Below are positions 29,448 to 40,125 of a DNA stretch of 64,000 nucleotides, piece after piece; within the stretch, counting starts at the first letter, position 1, and each line of letters begins with the position of its first letter. Where the stretch lies: assembly GCA_965197905.1 (NCBI GenBank), contig CBDAOB010000004.1, positions 1,216,001 through 1,280,000 on the forward strand, given 5' to 3'. The notes under the pieces were generated by a model. That model searched no databases and was not told the origin of the DNA. It saw only the letters and a list, made by a program, of their open reading frames with translations. This stretch comes from Candidatus Latescibacterota bacterium. GTDB lineage: Bacteria > Latescibacterota > UBA2968 > UBA8231. The position numbers were made by a program, and so were the translations under genes.

Positions 29448-29701
29448 GGTTAGAGGGATCTGGTCCAGCTGTCAGCCGGAATTGACCTTGGCGAAAAATG
29501 CTGTTACACCTCAAACCCTCAAGCTAGACGGACCCACCACGAACCGCAAGGCGTCTGTGAAGCCGATCGAAACGGGAGCATCCGCTTCGGGCGGCCTGCC
29601 CCAATGTGAATCCAGTCGGTTCGAGGTTGTCTCATGGGGATCTATTCGGTATTAGTACTGCGTGCAGGAACGGTTCTGAGGCGCTAGCCGGAGGATTGAA
29701 G

Positions 29702-32107
29702 ATGGTTGACGAATTGGCGGCCGCGCAGGCGCGCAATCTCTGCGATCCGGATAGCCTGGGGTTCGAAAACACGGGCGAGCTGGAACCACGGGAAGGAATC
29801 ATTGGACAATCTAGAGCGCTGCAGGCGTTGCAGTTCGGTCTGGAGATGCCAGGTAGCGGTTACAACATCTATGTCGCCGGCGTCGCCGGCACTGGTCGCA
29901 CCACCGCTGTGAAAGCCTACCTGGAGGACCGCGCCCTCCATCAAGAGGTCCCGTCGGACTGGTGTTACGTGAACAACTTCGCCGATCCGTACCGTCCCAA
30001 ATCGCTGCGTCTGCCCGCTGGCCGAGGGGCGGAGCTCCAACGCGACGTAAAAGCGTTTGTCGAGCGAGCGCACACCGACATTCACCAGGCCTTCGAGAGT
30101 GACGAGTACCGCGATCGCAAGGAGGCTGTCCAGGTAGAGTTGGAGCGGGAGCAGCAGGCGTTGTTCAAACCGATGAAAGAACGGTCAGAGGAGGCAGGCT
30201 TCTTATTGGAGATCACCCAGATGGGCATGGCCTTCGTGCCCCTCGAGGATGGCAAGCCGATCGACCAAAAGGCCTTCCTGGCCCTGGATGCCGAAGCTCG
30301 GAAGGAGATGGAGCGCCGGCGCGACGAGCTACAGGAGGAGATGAAGGACACCCTCACGGAGATGCGCTCCATTGCCAAGAATCTGGTGGAGCGGGTACAG
30401 GAGCTGGACCGCGGCGTCGCCCTCTATGTCGTCGAGCTACTTATGGAGGATCTGGTTGCCAGCTACAGCAAGCTCCCAGAGGTTTCCGCCTACCTCCAAA
30501 GCCTGCAGGATGACATTCTGGAAAACATCGACGCCTTCCGCTCGAATGGCGACGAAGGCGAGGGCGCGCCGAAACCCCCCTGGCTCGCGGAAGCTCCGTT
30601 GCGCAAGTACGAGGTCAACGTGGTTGTGGATAACAGCGCTTTGAAGGGAGCGCCGGTGGTCATGGAGTTGAATCCGACCTATAGCGATCTCTTCGGACGC
30701 ATTGAAAAGGAGTCTCAGTTCGGTGCGCTGCACACCGATTTCACCCTCGTGCGGGGTGGTTCGATCCACCGCGCCAACGGGGGATACCTGGTGCTGCCGG
30801 TTGAGGAGCTCCTGCGCAACATCTTCGTATGGGACGGCCTCAAGCGCTCCCTGCGTAACAACAAGATCGAAATCGAGGAACTGGGCGAACGGCTGGGATA
30901 CATCACGACTCGCGGACTTAGACCGGAGCCGATTCCGCTGCAGGTCAAGGTAGTCCTCATCGGCAACCCGATGCTCTACCATCTGCTGCACCAATGGGAC
31001 AGTGATTTCACCGAACTCTTCAAGATCAAGGCGGATTTCGACACCCGCATGAAGCGAACCGATGCCAACATCCAGGTCTATTTGGCGTCCATCTCGCGCA
31101 TGTGTAAAGCAGAGGATCACCGCTGCCTCGACAACACCGCGGCGGCGAAGTTGATCGAGCACAGCTCGCGATTGGCCGACGACCAGGAAAGGTTGTCGAC
31201 CCATTTCGGAGACATGGCCGACTTGATCCGCGAGTCCGATTTCTGGGCCGCCAGCGAAGGGGCTGATTTCATCAGCGCATCCCATGTGAGCAAAGCGATC
31301 GACAAGAAGATCTACCGCTCCAACATGATTCAGGAGCGCGTGCAGGAGATGATCGAGCGCGGCACCCTGCTCATCGACACTCAGGGCTCGGTGGTGGGCC
31401 GGCTCAACGGGCTGGCGGTAATATCCCTGGGGGATTACGCCTTCGGACGGCCGAACAGGATCACCGCCAGCATCGGCCTAGGTCGCGGCGGCATCGTCGA
31501 CATTGAGCGGGAAGCGAAATTGGGCGGTCCACTGCATACCAAGGGGGTGCTGATTCTCAGCGGTTATCTGGTTCAGAAATATGCCCAGGACAAGGCCCTG
31601 CCCCTTTCAGCTCGATTGGTGTTCGAGCAGAGCTACGAGGGGGTCGAAGGCGACAGCGCCTCCAGCGCCGAACTCTACGCCTTGCTCTCCGCCCTTTCGG
31701 GATTGCCCATAAGACAGAGTATCGCGGTCACCGGGTCGGTTAACCAACAGGGGGACGTGCAGGCCATCGGTGGCGTCAACGAAAAGGTAGAGGGGTTCTT
31801 CGAGGTGTGCAGAGCGCTTGGAGACCTCAGCGGTGAGCAGGGCGTCATGATTCCCTTCAGCAACGTTCAGAACCTCATGCTCAAGGAGGAGGTGGTGCAG
31901 GCGATCGCCGAGGGACAGTTCCATGTCTGGCCGGTCAGGACCATTGACGAGGGGATCGAGTGCCTAACCGGCGTCGCAGCCGGCGAGCGCGATGCCGCCG
32001 ACCGTTATCCCGAGGATTCGGTGCACGGTCTTGTTGACCAGCGCCTGTTCGCGTTGGCGGAATGTTTGAAAGAAGGCGAAAACGACGATCGCAAAGAAGA
32101 GAACTGA
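29702..32107 (+). CDS. Lon-like protease (LonC/AAA_32 type)
   Basis: IIGQSRA, GVAGTGRTT, GSIHRANGGYL, catalytic EGDSASSAE and GGVNEK. Confidence 0.9.
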   Translation: MVDELAAAQARNLCDPDSLGFENTGELEPREGIIGQSRALQALQFGLEMPGSGYNIYVAGVAGTGRTTAVKAYLEDRALHQEVPSDWCYVNNFADPYRPKSLRLPAGRGAELQRDVKAFVERAHTDIHQAFESDEYRDRKEAVQVELEREQQALFKPMKERSEEAGFLLEITQMGMAFVPLEDGKPIDQKAFLALDAEARKEMERRRDELQEEMKDTLTEMRSIAKNLVERVQELDRGVALYVVELLMEDLVASYSKLPEVSAYLQSLQDDILENIDAFRSNGDEGEGAPKPPWLAEAPLRKYEVNVVVDNSALKGAPVVMELNPTYSDLFGRIEKESQFGALHTDFTLVRGGSIHRANGGYLVLPVEELLRNIFVWDGLKRSLRNNKIEIEELGERLGYITTRGLRPEPIPLQVKVVLIGNPMLYHLLHQWDSDFTELFKIKADFDTRMKRTDANIQVYLASISRMCKAEDHRCLDNTAAAKLIEHSSRLADDQERLSTHFGDMADLIRESDFWAASEGADFISASHVSKAIDKKIYRSNMIQERVQEMIERGTLLIDTQGSVVGRLNGLAVISLGDYAFGRPNRITASIGLGRGGIVDIEREAKLGGPLHTKGVLILSGYLVQKYAQDKALPLSARLVFEQSYEGVEGDSASSAELYALLSALSGLPIRQSIAVTGSVNQQGDVQAIGGVNEKVEGFFEVCRALGDLSGEQGVMIPFSNVQNLMLKEEVVQAIAEGQFHVWPVRTIDEGIECLTGVAAGERDAADRYPEDSVHGLVDQRLFALAECLKEGENDDRKEEN

Positions 32108-32125
32108 ATCGAGAGGTGTTGTGCG

Positions 32126-33574
32126 ATGGCTCTGAGAACAGCGACCGAGTTCAAGACCGGCCTCCAGGATGGTCGCGTCGTTTTTTGCGGCGGTGAGCGT
32201 GTCGAAGATGTGACCCACCACCCCGACCTGGGTATCGCGGTAGATCACGTGGCGCTGGATTTCCGGCTGGCGGAGGATCCCGAGCATCTCGAGCTCATGA
32301 CCTGGCAGGATCCCGATAGCGGAATCACCTGTAGCCGCTATTTCAAGGTCCCTGGCAGCAGCGCCGACCTCTTGGACCGGCGGGAGATGATCGAACGTTC
32401 CACCCGGCTCGGAAGTGGCGTGGTGCTGCTCGTCAAGGAGATCGGATCCGACGCGCTCTTGGCGCTGGACCTGGTGGCGCGCCAGCTCGACCTCCAGTGT
32501 GGCACGGAATACACCGCCCGCGTCGGCGCCTTTCACCGCCACTGCATGGAATCGGACCTGACCATGGCGGTCGCCCAAACCGACGTAAAGGGGGATCGCA
32601 GTCTCCTGCCCTCGCAGCAGGAACACCCCGACTATTTTGTGCACATCGTCGAGGAGCGGTCCGACGGCATCGTGGTGCGCGGGGCGAAGGCACATACGAC
32701 CTGTGCGCCCTACGTCGACGAGCTCATCGTCCTACCCACCCGCGCCCTTGGCAGCGACGATTCCGCCTACTCGGTGGCGTTTGCGGTTCCGCTGGATACG
32801 CCCGGATTGAAACTGATTGCCAGTCCGCTGGGCGCGGCGGACGAAGACACCTTCCACTATCCGGTGAGCTCGAAACATCGCATGGTGGACAGCCTCACGA
32901 TCTTCGACGACGTCTTCGTACCGTCCGAGCGGATCTTTCTCAAGGGAGAGTGGCAGTTCGCCGGGCCCTTGGCCAACGCCTTCGTAGAATTCCACCGCTT
33001 CACCGCCGTATCTTACAAACCGCCACTGTGCGATCTGTTCATCGGGGCCGCCGCGTTGTTGGCCGAGCTCAACGGGATCGAACGCGCCAGCCACGTGCGC
33101 GAAAAGCTGACCAAGCTCATCACCTACGCCGAGACCGTTCGAGGCTTGAGCCTGGCGGCCGCCCATGAATGCCGCATCTCCGACGCGGGCACTGCCGTCC
33201 CCAACGTGGTCTACACCAACCTGGCCAAGCACTACTTCGCCAGCAACTACCACCAGGCGGTCGCCTGGGTGCAGGATATCGCCGGTGGCCTGGTGGTTAC
33301 GGGACCCTCCAGCGCAGATCTGCAGAATCCGGAAACGCGGCAGTACGTCGACCGCTTTTTCGGCGGCAAAGCGGGTACGTCTGCCGAGACGCGCCTGCGC
33401 GCGTTCAATTTGGTGCGCGATCTGACCGCGTCCGCCTTCGGGGGGTATAACCAGCTCCTGGCGATCCACGCCGAGGGTTCGCTGGAAACGCAGAAGATCA
33501 CCATTCTCCGCGACTACGATGTAGAGCGCTGTAAGGCATTGGCGAAAGCCGCGATCGAGGCGGGCGCTTCCTAG
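32126..33574 (+). CDS. 4-hydroxyphenylacetate 3-hydroxylase / 4-hydroxybutyryl-CoA dehydratase family flavoprotein
   Basis: AQTDVKGDRS, GIVVRGAKAHTT, IFDDVFVPSERIFL, HAEGS. Confidence 0.85.
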   Translation: MALRTATEFKTGLQDGRVVFCGGERVEDVTHHPDLGIAVDHVALDFRLAEDPEHLELMTWQDPDSGITCSRYFKVPGSSADLLDRREMIERSTRLGSGVVLLVKEIGSDALLALDLVARQLDLQCGTEYTARVGAFHRHCMESDLTMAVAQTDVKGDRSLLPSQQEHPDYFVHIVEERSDGIVVRGAKAHTTCAPYVDELIVLPTRALGSDDSAYSVAFAVPLDTPGLKLIASPLGAADEDTFHYPVSSKHRMVDSLTIFDDVFVPSERIFLKGEWQFAGPLANAFVEFHRFTAVSYKPPLCDLFIGAAALLAELNGIERASHVREKLTKLITYAETVRGLSLAAAHECRISDAGTAVPNVVYTNLAKHYFASNYHQAVAWVQDIAGGLVVTGPSSADLQNPETRQYVDRFFGGKAGTSAETRLRAFNLVRDLTASAFGGYNQLLAIHAEGSLETQKITILRDYDVERCKALAKAAIEAGAS

Positions 33575-33660
33575 GCCGTCCGCCGGCTGCCTGCTGATGA
33601 CGTTGTTAGGCCTCGGTGGCCGCTCGCGGTAGTTGCGGGTGCTAAAACCTCTGGAAGTGG

Positions 33661-35103
33661 CTACTTCTTCCAGAATTGCGGCGACAACAAAACAATCACC
33701 GTAAAGATATCCAGCCGGCCGATCAGCATCAGGGCGGAGAGTATCCACTTCCCGAAGAAAGGAACCTGGGAATAGCCATCGGTTGGACCGACCATTCCCA
33801 GGCCGGGTCCGATGTTGCCCAGGGTCGCCGCGACCGCGCCCATTGAGGTGGTAAAGTCCAATCCCATCGCCGCCATCACCAGGACCCCCGCGACAAAAAG
33901 ACTCACGAAGAGGATCGAATAACCGACCACGTTCGTTACCACCTCCCGGGGAATCGCGGTCGGACCCAGACGTACGGGAACCACGGCGTGAGGGTGCACC
34001 AGTCGGATGACCTCGGTGAGAACGAATTTCAGCAGCAAGTGCACGCGCATGATCTTCATGCCGCCGCAGGTCGATCCGGCACACCCCCCCACAAACATCA
34101 GCACAAACAGCAGAAGTTGTGAGCTCAGCGACCATTGTTCGTAGTCAGCGGTCGTGAAGCCGGTGGTGGTGAGAATAGAGGCCACCTGAAACAGGCTCTT
34201 CTCCGCCGTCTCAGCCAGATTCTGGTAGTTGTTGTAGTAGGTATCGAACCCGATGAGCAGGGTTATCACCGCGGCAATGGCCAGAAAGAGCCGGAACTCC
34301 CCGTTGCGGAGATGGGCGGTGAGGTCGCCGCGCAGGAAGCGGTAGTGCAACGAGAAGTTGGTCCCTCCAAGAATCATGAAGAAGATAATGACGTAGCGAA
34401 TAAAAGTGCTGTCGAAGGCGCCCACGCTGGCGTTGCGCGTTGAGAAACCGGCGGTTGCCACCGTTCCGAAAGCGTGGCAGAGGGCGTCGAAGAACTTCAT
34501 GCCACCTGCCAGGAGCAGCACGACCAACGCGGCGGAGATCAGCAGGTAGACGCCGGACAGAATCTTGGCGGTCTCGGTAATGCGCGGTGTCAGCTTGTCG
34601 ACCACCGGTCCCGGGATCTCTGCTTTGAACAACTGCATACCGCCAACGCCGAGGAACGGCAGGATGGCGAGCGACAGCACGATGATGCCCATGCCTCCGA
34701 TCCAGTGGGTGAGACTGCGCCAGAACAACACGCCGTGGGGCATCCCCTCGATATCGACGAGGATGCTAGCTCCGGTGGTAGTAAATCCGGAAACCGTCTC
34801 GAAAAAGGCGTCGGTGACCGACGGTATGCTGTTCGAGAAGAGGTATGGAAGGGTGCCGAACGCGGAGAAGCTGAGCCAGGCCAGGGTCACTACCGCGAAT
34901 CCCTCTTTGGGGCGCAGGTCCTGTTCCAGCTTGTAGGAACGGAAGGCGAGGAGCCCGGCGAAAAACGTCACCCCGGCGCTCATTAGAAATGCCGAGTAAT
35001 CTCCGTCACCGTAATATATAGAGAAAGGTATCGGCAGCAGCATGGTCCCGGAAAGGAAGACCAGCAGGAATCCTATAATGTGGATTACACCGCCGAAACG
35101 CAT
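33661..35103 (-). CDS. trkH: Trk potassium uptake membrane protein
   Basis: [38 protein letters not shown]. Confidence 0.95.
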   Translation of the reverse strand: MRFGGVIHIIGFLLVFLSGTMLLPIPFSIYYGDGDYSAFLMSAGVTFFAGLLAFRSYKLEQDLRPKEGFAVVTLAWLSFSAFGTLPYLFSNSIPSVTDAFFETVSGFTTTGASILVDIEGMPHGVLFWRSLTHWIGGMGIIVLSLAILPFLGVGGMQLFKAEIPGPVVDKLTPRITETAKILSGVYLLISAALVVLLLAGGMKFFDALCHAFGTVATAGFSTRNASVGAFDSTFIRYVIIFFMILGGTNFSLHYRFLRGDLTAHLRNGEFRLFLAIAAVITLLIGFDTYYNNYQNLAETAEKSLFQVASILTTTGFTTADYEQWSLSSQLLLFVLMFVGGCAGSTCGGMKIMRVHLLLKFVLTEVIRLVHPHAVVPVRLGPTAIPREVVTNVVGYSILFVSLFVAGVLVMAAMGLDFTTSMGAVAATLGNIGPGLGMVGPTDGYSQVPFFGKWILSALMLIGRLDIFTVIVLLSPQFWKK

Positions 35104-35119
35104 CGCCCCTGTTTCGCGC

Positions 35120-36463
35120 CTAACTGCTGAACAGCTTTTCCACTTGTTCCAACGCCTGGGGCAGGGTAAAAACCACCGCCTTGTCGCCGGACTGAAGTTG
35201 GGTGACGCCGGTCGGAATGATCAGTTGATCGTCGCGCAGCAAAGCCCCGATAATGCTGTGTTTGGGAATCTTGAAGCCGCTCAACGGTTTGCTCGTAATC
35301 TTGCTGCCTTCGAGAACGCGGTACTCGATGCAGTGGGCGTCGATGCCCGGAAAGGACGCGATGGAAACGACCTCCTGGTGCTGGATGTGTCGCTGCACAG
35401 CGTTGACCGTCAGTAGCTGTTTGCTGATCACCGCATCCATGCCAATAGTGGGCGTGATGGGCAGGTATTCGACCTTGTTCACCAGTGCAATCGTCCGGGC
35501 CACTTCCAAATGGTGCGCCATGAGGGTGGCGATAATGTTGGTTTCGTCGTCCCCGGTAACCGCCACGAAGGCATCCATCTCAAGGATGCCCTCACTGGCA
35601 AGCAGATCATAGTCCATGCCGTCGCCCTGAATGATCAGCGTTTCCGGCAGCTGGTCGGCGATCTCCCACGATTTCTCTACTTTGCTCTCGATCAGCTTGA
35701 CGTTGACCCCGGGGGTGAGAGAGCTGGCCACGAACTGTCCGACCAAACCACCGCCGAGGATCATAACATCTTCGATCACCGTATCCTTCTTGCCGGCGGC
35801 GTTGACGAACGTTGACAAGTAGCTAGGGTCGCACATGGCGTAGATCTGATCGCCGGCCACCAGAACGTCGGGTCCGCGTGGAATTAACGTATGTTGTTTC
35901 CGTTGGACCGCGACGATGCGCACAGGCGGATAGTTGTGCCGCACCCACAGCTCAGCCAGCGGCGTGTGCAGAAGTCTAGAATCCTCTTCGAGGCGAATAC
36001 CCAGCAACTGTACCTTGCCGCCTTCGAACTCGGTGATATCGGTGGCGCTCGATTGACGGATGAGGCGCACGATGGCATCCGCGGTTTCGCGTTCGGGATG
36101 GATGATCAAATCGGTACCCAGTTCTTCGGCGGTGAGCGGATATTCGGGAAGGGTGTACTCGGGATTGCGAACGCGGGCGATGGTGGAGGCCGCGCCCAGC
36201 CGCTTCGCCAGTCGACACGCGAGAAGATTCGCTTCCTCGTTGGTGGTCATGGCAGCCACGACGTCGGTCTGACCGATATGGGCTTCGCGCAAGGTACGAA
36301 CGCTGGTACCGTTGCCGGATACGACCAGAACGTCGAGTTGTTCGCCGGCGCGGCGGGCGCGGCGCGGGTCGATCTCGATTAAGGTGATATCGTGATCGTG
36401 CCGGGACAGCTGCTTGCACAGCTGGAAACCGATGGCGCCGGCGCCTATGATGAGAATGCGCAT
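35120..36463 (-). CDS. trkA: Trk potassium uptake NAD-binding protein
   Basis: Two RCK units (GAGAIG; GGGLVG), IARVRNPEY, DDETNI; upstream of trkH. Confidence 0.95.
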   Translation of the reverse strand: MRILIIGAGAIGFQLCKQLSRHDHDITLIEIDPRRARRAGEQLDVLVVSGNGTSVRTLREAHIGQTDVVAAMTTNEEANLLACRLAKRLGAASTIARVRNPEYTLPEYPLTAEELGTDLIIHPERETADAIVRLIRQSSATDITEFEGGKVQLLGIRLEEDSRLLHTPLAELWVRHNYPPVRIVAVQRKQHTLIPRGPDVLVAGDQIYAMCDPSYLSTFVNAAGKKDTVIEDVMILGGGLVGQFVASSLTPGVNVKLIESKVEKSWEIADQLPETLIIQGDGMDYDLLASEGILEMDAFVAVTGDDETNIIATLMAHHLEVARTIALVNKVEYLPITPTIGMDAVISKQLLTVNAVQRHIQHQEVVSIASFPGIDAHCIEYRVLEGSKITSKPLSGFKIPKHSIIGALLRDDQLIIPTGVTQLQSGDKAVVFTLPQALEQVEKLFSS

Positions 36464-36622
36464 GTACCGTCTCGCTAGCTGATAGAACAGACAGTAGTCA
36501 AACCAGCCACCCCCGCCGGCCCCAAAATCGTCGCCTCTGTCTGCACGGGGACAGTACGGCATCCGGACGGTTGCGTCCAACCTGATCGACTAGGTAGAGA
36601 AAGCACCATGGTAGCGCATCGG

Positions 36623-37723
36623 TCATTCGTCGTCTTCGTGATCGTGATCCTCGACGTCACCGCCGTGACCGGTGCGCAAATGGAGGAGGTATTGGATCAA
36701 GGCGTTGCGGTCTTCAAGTGGTTGTTCATCATAACTTCCCGCTCCCCGCTCCGTTCTGGTTTCCCACATGAAGCGGACCTTTTCCCCCAAGTCGCCCTCC
36801 GCCAGCGCGCTTGTGCGGAGGTCATGGGCTTGAGGATCCGCCGGTTGGAATCCGTCCGCATCAAGAAACCCTTCGGGACCGTGGCAGGATTGGCAGGCAA
36901 GACCAGCGGGACTTTCGGCGCTGAACAGCGCCAACCCCCTCCGAATGATTTCGGCGTCATCTGAAACAGTGAACCCTTCGATTTGCTGAACGAATCCCAG
37001 CGAAAAGATTGATGTGCCGTTTTCCTGTAGCAGGGTCTGGGCATCGGCATTGCCCATGATGCCACCGCGCCCGGCGAAGTCGTAGACGTTTGGTTCGGTA
37101 AACCACTCGTTGATGTCCATGACCACCTGGATCGCCCACTCGTCGCCATCGAGGTGGAGCACGATCGGTAGGTGCAAGTCGATGGAATAATCGATCCCTC
37201 CCGATGGTCCGGTGTGTACCAGGAAAGCACCCTCCTCGTCGCCGGCCGCAAAATTGCCTTCGAGCTTCATGTAGTGATAACCGCCGCCAATGACATCGGG
37301 CCAGGCCATGCCGTTGTAATCCGCCTCGTTCGGCAGCGCGCCGGTAAGGTTGTCCTCTCCCGTGATGCCGAACGTGAACGCCAGTGCGGTATAGTCGCCG
37401 GCCGGCATCTTCACCGCGGTGAATTTTTGCGTCGCGGGACGTGCCGCATCGCGGTAATGCCGATTCTCGATCAGGACAGCGCCGCCGTCAGCATCTATCA
37501 ATCTGAAATCGCTAGTGATGTATTCAAGAGTCAGAACCTCGTACCGATTACCGGCGGCATTGGCGTACTCGTCGCTGTGCAGAGTGAGATCCTCGCCGTC
37601 AACCACATGTTCCAATGAGACCGTGACCGTGCCGGCATCATCCTTGTCGTCGTCCCCACAGCTATAGAGCGAGACCAGCAAAAGTGCGAGGACTGAAAGG
37701 ATTGATCGATTCAGGGGAGGCAT
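36623..37723 (-). CDS. MbnP-like lipoprotein fused to a c-type cytochrome domain
   Basis: Lipobox LYSC, LEYITSDFRL, FTFGI, MAWP...GGGYHYMKLEG, CQSCH, His/acidic tail. Confidence 0.7.
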   Translation of the reverse strand: MPPLNRSILSVLALLLVSLYSCGDDDKDDAGTVTVSLEHVVDGEDLTLHSDEYANAAGNRYEVLTLEYITSDFRLIDADGGAVLIENRHYRDAARPATQKFTAVKMPAGDYTALAFTFGITGEDNLTGALPNEADYNGMAWPDVIGGGYHYMKLEGNFAAGDEEGAFLVHTGPSGGIDYSIDLHLPIVLHLDGDEWAIQVVMDINEWFTEPNVYDFAGRGGIMGNADAQTLLQENGTSIFSLGFVQQIEGFTVSDDAEIIRRGLALFSAESPAGLACQSCHGPEGFLDADGFQPADPQAHDLRTSALAEGDLGEKVRFMWETRTERGAGSYDEQPLEDRNALIQYLLHLRTGHGGDVEDHDHEDDE

Positions 37724-37787
37724 TGGCGCTCGATTACATCAGGAGTTGCCGCGCGGAGCGGATCGCCAAGGACGCCAGTGCTTTGGC

Positions 37788-38732
37788 TCAATATCCTTTG
37801 GACTTGTCGATAACCGCCAGCAGCGGTTCGCCGGACCGATACCGTCGCAGGTTTTCGCAGAACAGATCTGTGGTTCGGCGATTTCTTTCCGGTGAGGCTC
37901 CGGCAGTGTGCGGGGTGATGACCACGTTTTCCATCTGCCACAACGGGTGATCGTCGGGCAGCGGTTCCTGGGGCGTTACATCGAGACCTGCACCGCCGAT
38001 CGATCCGGTTTCCAACGCTTCGACCAGCGCCTGTTCGTCAACGATTTTTCCCCGGGTCACGTTAAGGAGCAGGGCGTGGGACTGCATGTGATTAAACGCC
38101 GAGCGGTCGAAGAAACCTTCGGTTTCCGGCGTCAGCGGTGCACAAATGGCGACGACGTCCGCTCGCTCCAACAGATGCTGGAGCCGGTCCATGCCCCAGC
38201 ACGCTTCGACGCACTCGGGGAGATCCATCGATTCCGGGTCCACGGCAATGACGTTCATCCCGAACGCCGCTGCCCGGGTCGCCAGCTCTCGTCCAGTACC
38301 ACCGAGACCCACGATACCCATCACCCGACCGGGTAGCTCCCACGAGCGCTTGCGAATGGCCATCTTCACGGTCCAGTTGCGGGCGCGGATTGCAGTTCCG
38401 AGGCCGCGGGTAAGAGCTAGGAGAAGGGCCATGGCGTGCTCAGCGAGATGCACCCCGACGTTTCCCTTGGCGCTGGTGATGACAACGTCTGAGGCAACGC
38501 ACTCCGGCGTCAGGGCGCCATCCACCCCGGCAGAAGGGAACTGGATCCAGCGCAGCTTCTTAGCGCTGCTGTAGAGATCGGGGTCGAAACCTCCGAAGAC
38601 GATCTCTACCTGCTCAACAATCTCGGCTATCTGCTCCTGGCTTTGGCGCGACAGGACCTCCACATCCGCTCCCACCGCGCGTATCTGGTCGATCAATTGC
38701 TCTTCCAGGTCAAACGTCAACAGGATCTTCAT
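37788..38732 (-). CDS. D-2-hydroxyacid dehydrogenase
   Basis: GLGGTG, NVTRGKIVDE, LDVTPQEPLP, TPHTAG. Confidence 0.92.
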   Translation of the reverse strand: MKILLTFDLEEQLIDQIRAVGADVEVLSRQSQEQIAEIVEQVEIVFGGFDPDLYSSAKKLRWIQFPSAGVDGALTPECVASDVVITSAKGNVGVHLAEHAMALLLALTRGLGTAIRARNWTVKMAIRKRSWELPGRVMGIVGLGGTGRELATRAAAFGMNVIAVDPESMDLPECVEACWGMDRLQHLLERADVVAICAPLTPETEGFFDRSAFNHMQSHALLLNVTRGKIVDEQALVEALETGSIGGAGLDVTPQEPLPDDHPLWQMENVVITPHTAGASPERNRRTTDLFCENLRRYRSGEPLLAVIDKSKGY

Positions 38733-38928
38733 GGTTTCGCCCGTAGCGCCCCAGGTCGGCGCGGATGAATTCCAAAGTCGTGAGCAGCTTTGAAGCTACC
38801 GGCCGTCGAACCGCACGACGTGAGAAAGTATTTGAGCAAGGGGTGCGTATTCGGTATACATATAAGCGAAATAACAGCCAAGATAAATGAAGTTAATAAC
38901 TGAGGATTTGCAATCGAGGAGCTGCGAG

Positions 38929-40107
38929 ATGCCGACGAGTCCATTGAAGGTTTCAAGCGTGTTATTCTGCGCTGCAGCAGTCCTGTTGGTGGGCGGAATC
39001 GCCAGGGTCGATGCGCAACCGGTCATGGGCGAGGTTCCGCAGGCGGTGACCGACCAGTTCTTGTCCGATGTGAAAGGGGTCAAGGTCGAAACCTGGGTCC
39101 AGGATCTCGAGGTCCCCTGGTCGCTGAAGTTCCTCCCCAACGGAGATGCCCTGGTTGCCGAGCGACCCGGCAGGATTCAGCGCATACCGAAGGGAATGGA
39201 CCAGGCGGAACTCTACGCCGAAATAGAGGTGGCTGCCACCGGCGACAACGGTCTGTTGGGCATGACACTGCATCCCGATTTCGCCAGTCAACCGTTTGTC
39301 TATGCCATGCACGGTCATTACCCGACCGATAACAGTTTTTCGATGCGCGTCATTCGGTTACGTCACGAAGGCAGGAAAGCTCGATTCGACCGGGTGATCA
39401 TCGACGGGATTCCGGGTGATCCGATTCATATCGGCGGCAGGATCGCCTTTGGTCCGGATGGGTTGCTTTATGTAGGTACCGGCGATCTTTGGAATCAGGA
39501 GGTGTCCCAGGATCTGAATTCGCTGGCCGGCAAGATCCTGCGCGTCACCCCTGAGGGAAAAATCCCCGACGACAACCCGTTCCCGGGCTCGCCGATCTAC
39601 TCCTATGGTCACCGAGTCGTCCAGGGACTAACCTGGGATCCGGAAACCGGCGTCATGTTCAATTCCGAACACGGGCCCTCCGGCGAATGGCCCGGGGTCT
39701 TACACCGGGACGAAATCAATATCGTCGAAAAAGGGGGCAACTACGGCTGGGCGAAGGTGGTAGGCGCACCAAGGTTGGCCGAATACAAAGATCCGATCGC
39801 CATGTGGCGGCAAGAGTCCGTCCCGCCGGCTGGCATGACCTTCTTTCGGGGCGATCTCTTCGTGGCCACCTTGGGAAGCCAGGCGCTGTTGCGCATTCGG
39901 TTCGAGGACCATAGCGAATACAAAGTGGCCGAGATTCAGCGTTGGTTCGGCCACAACCTTAACTACGGACGCTACGATCGGTTGCGCGATGTGACGGAAG
40001 GACCGGACGGCAACCTGTACGTGCTTACCAGCAATCGGGGCGGGCGCGCCGCGCTGCGGGCCAACGACGACAAGATCCTGCGGTTGATAGTCGCGACGCC
40101 AGAATAG
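38929..40107 (+). CDS. PQQ-dependent sugar dehydrogenase (GSDH/YliI family)
   Basis: PWSLKFLP, HIGGRIAFGPDG, YSYGHR, EHGP, NYGW, RLRDV; GAGGAG RBS. Confidence 0.88.
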   Translation: MPTSPLKVSSVLFCAAAVLLVGGIARVDAQPVMGEVPQAVTDQFLSDVKGVKVETWVQDLEVPWSLKFLPNGDALVAERPGRIQRIPKGMDQAELYAEIEVAATGDNGLLGMTLHPDFASQPFVYAMHGHYPTDNSFSMRVIRLRHEGRKARFDRVIIDGIPGDPIHIGGRIAFGPDGLLYVGTGDLWNQEVSQDLNSLAGKILRVTPEGKIPDDNPFPGSPIYSYGHRVVQGLTWDPETGVMFNSEHGPSGEWPGVLHRDEINIVEKGGNYGWAKVVGAPRLAEYKDPIAMWRQESVPPAGMTFFRGDLFVATLGSQALLRIRFEDHSEYKVAEIQRWFGHNLNYGRYDRLRDVTEGPDGNLYVLTSNRGGRAALRANDDKILRLIVATPE

Positions 40108-40125
40108 CCCGGAATCGCCTGACCG

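Noticed and set aside
32732..34135. 467-aa minus-strand ORF
   Set aside because: Overlaps trkH out of frame and lies antisense to the HpaB-family gene; no motifs.
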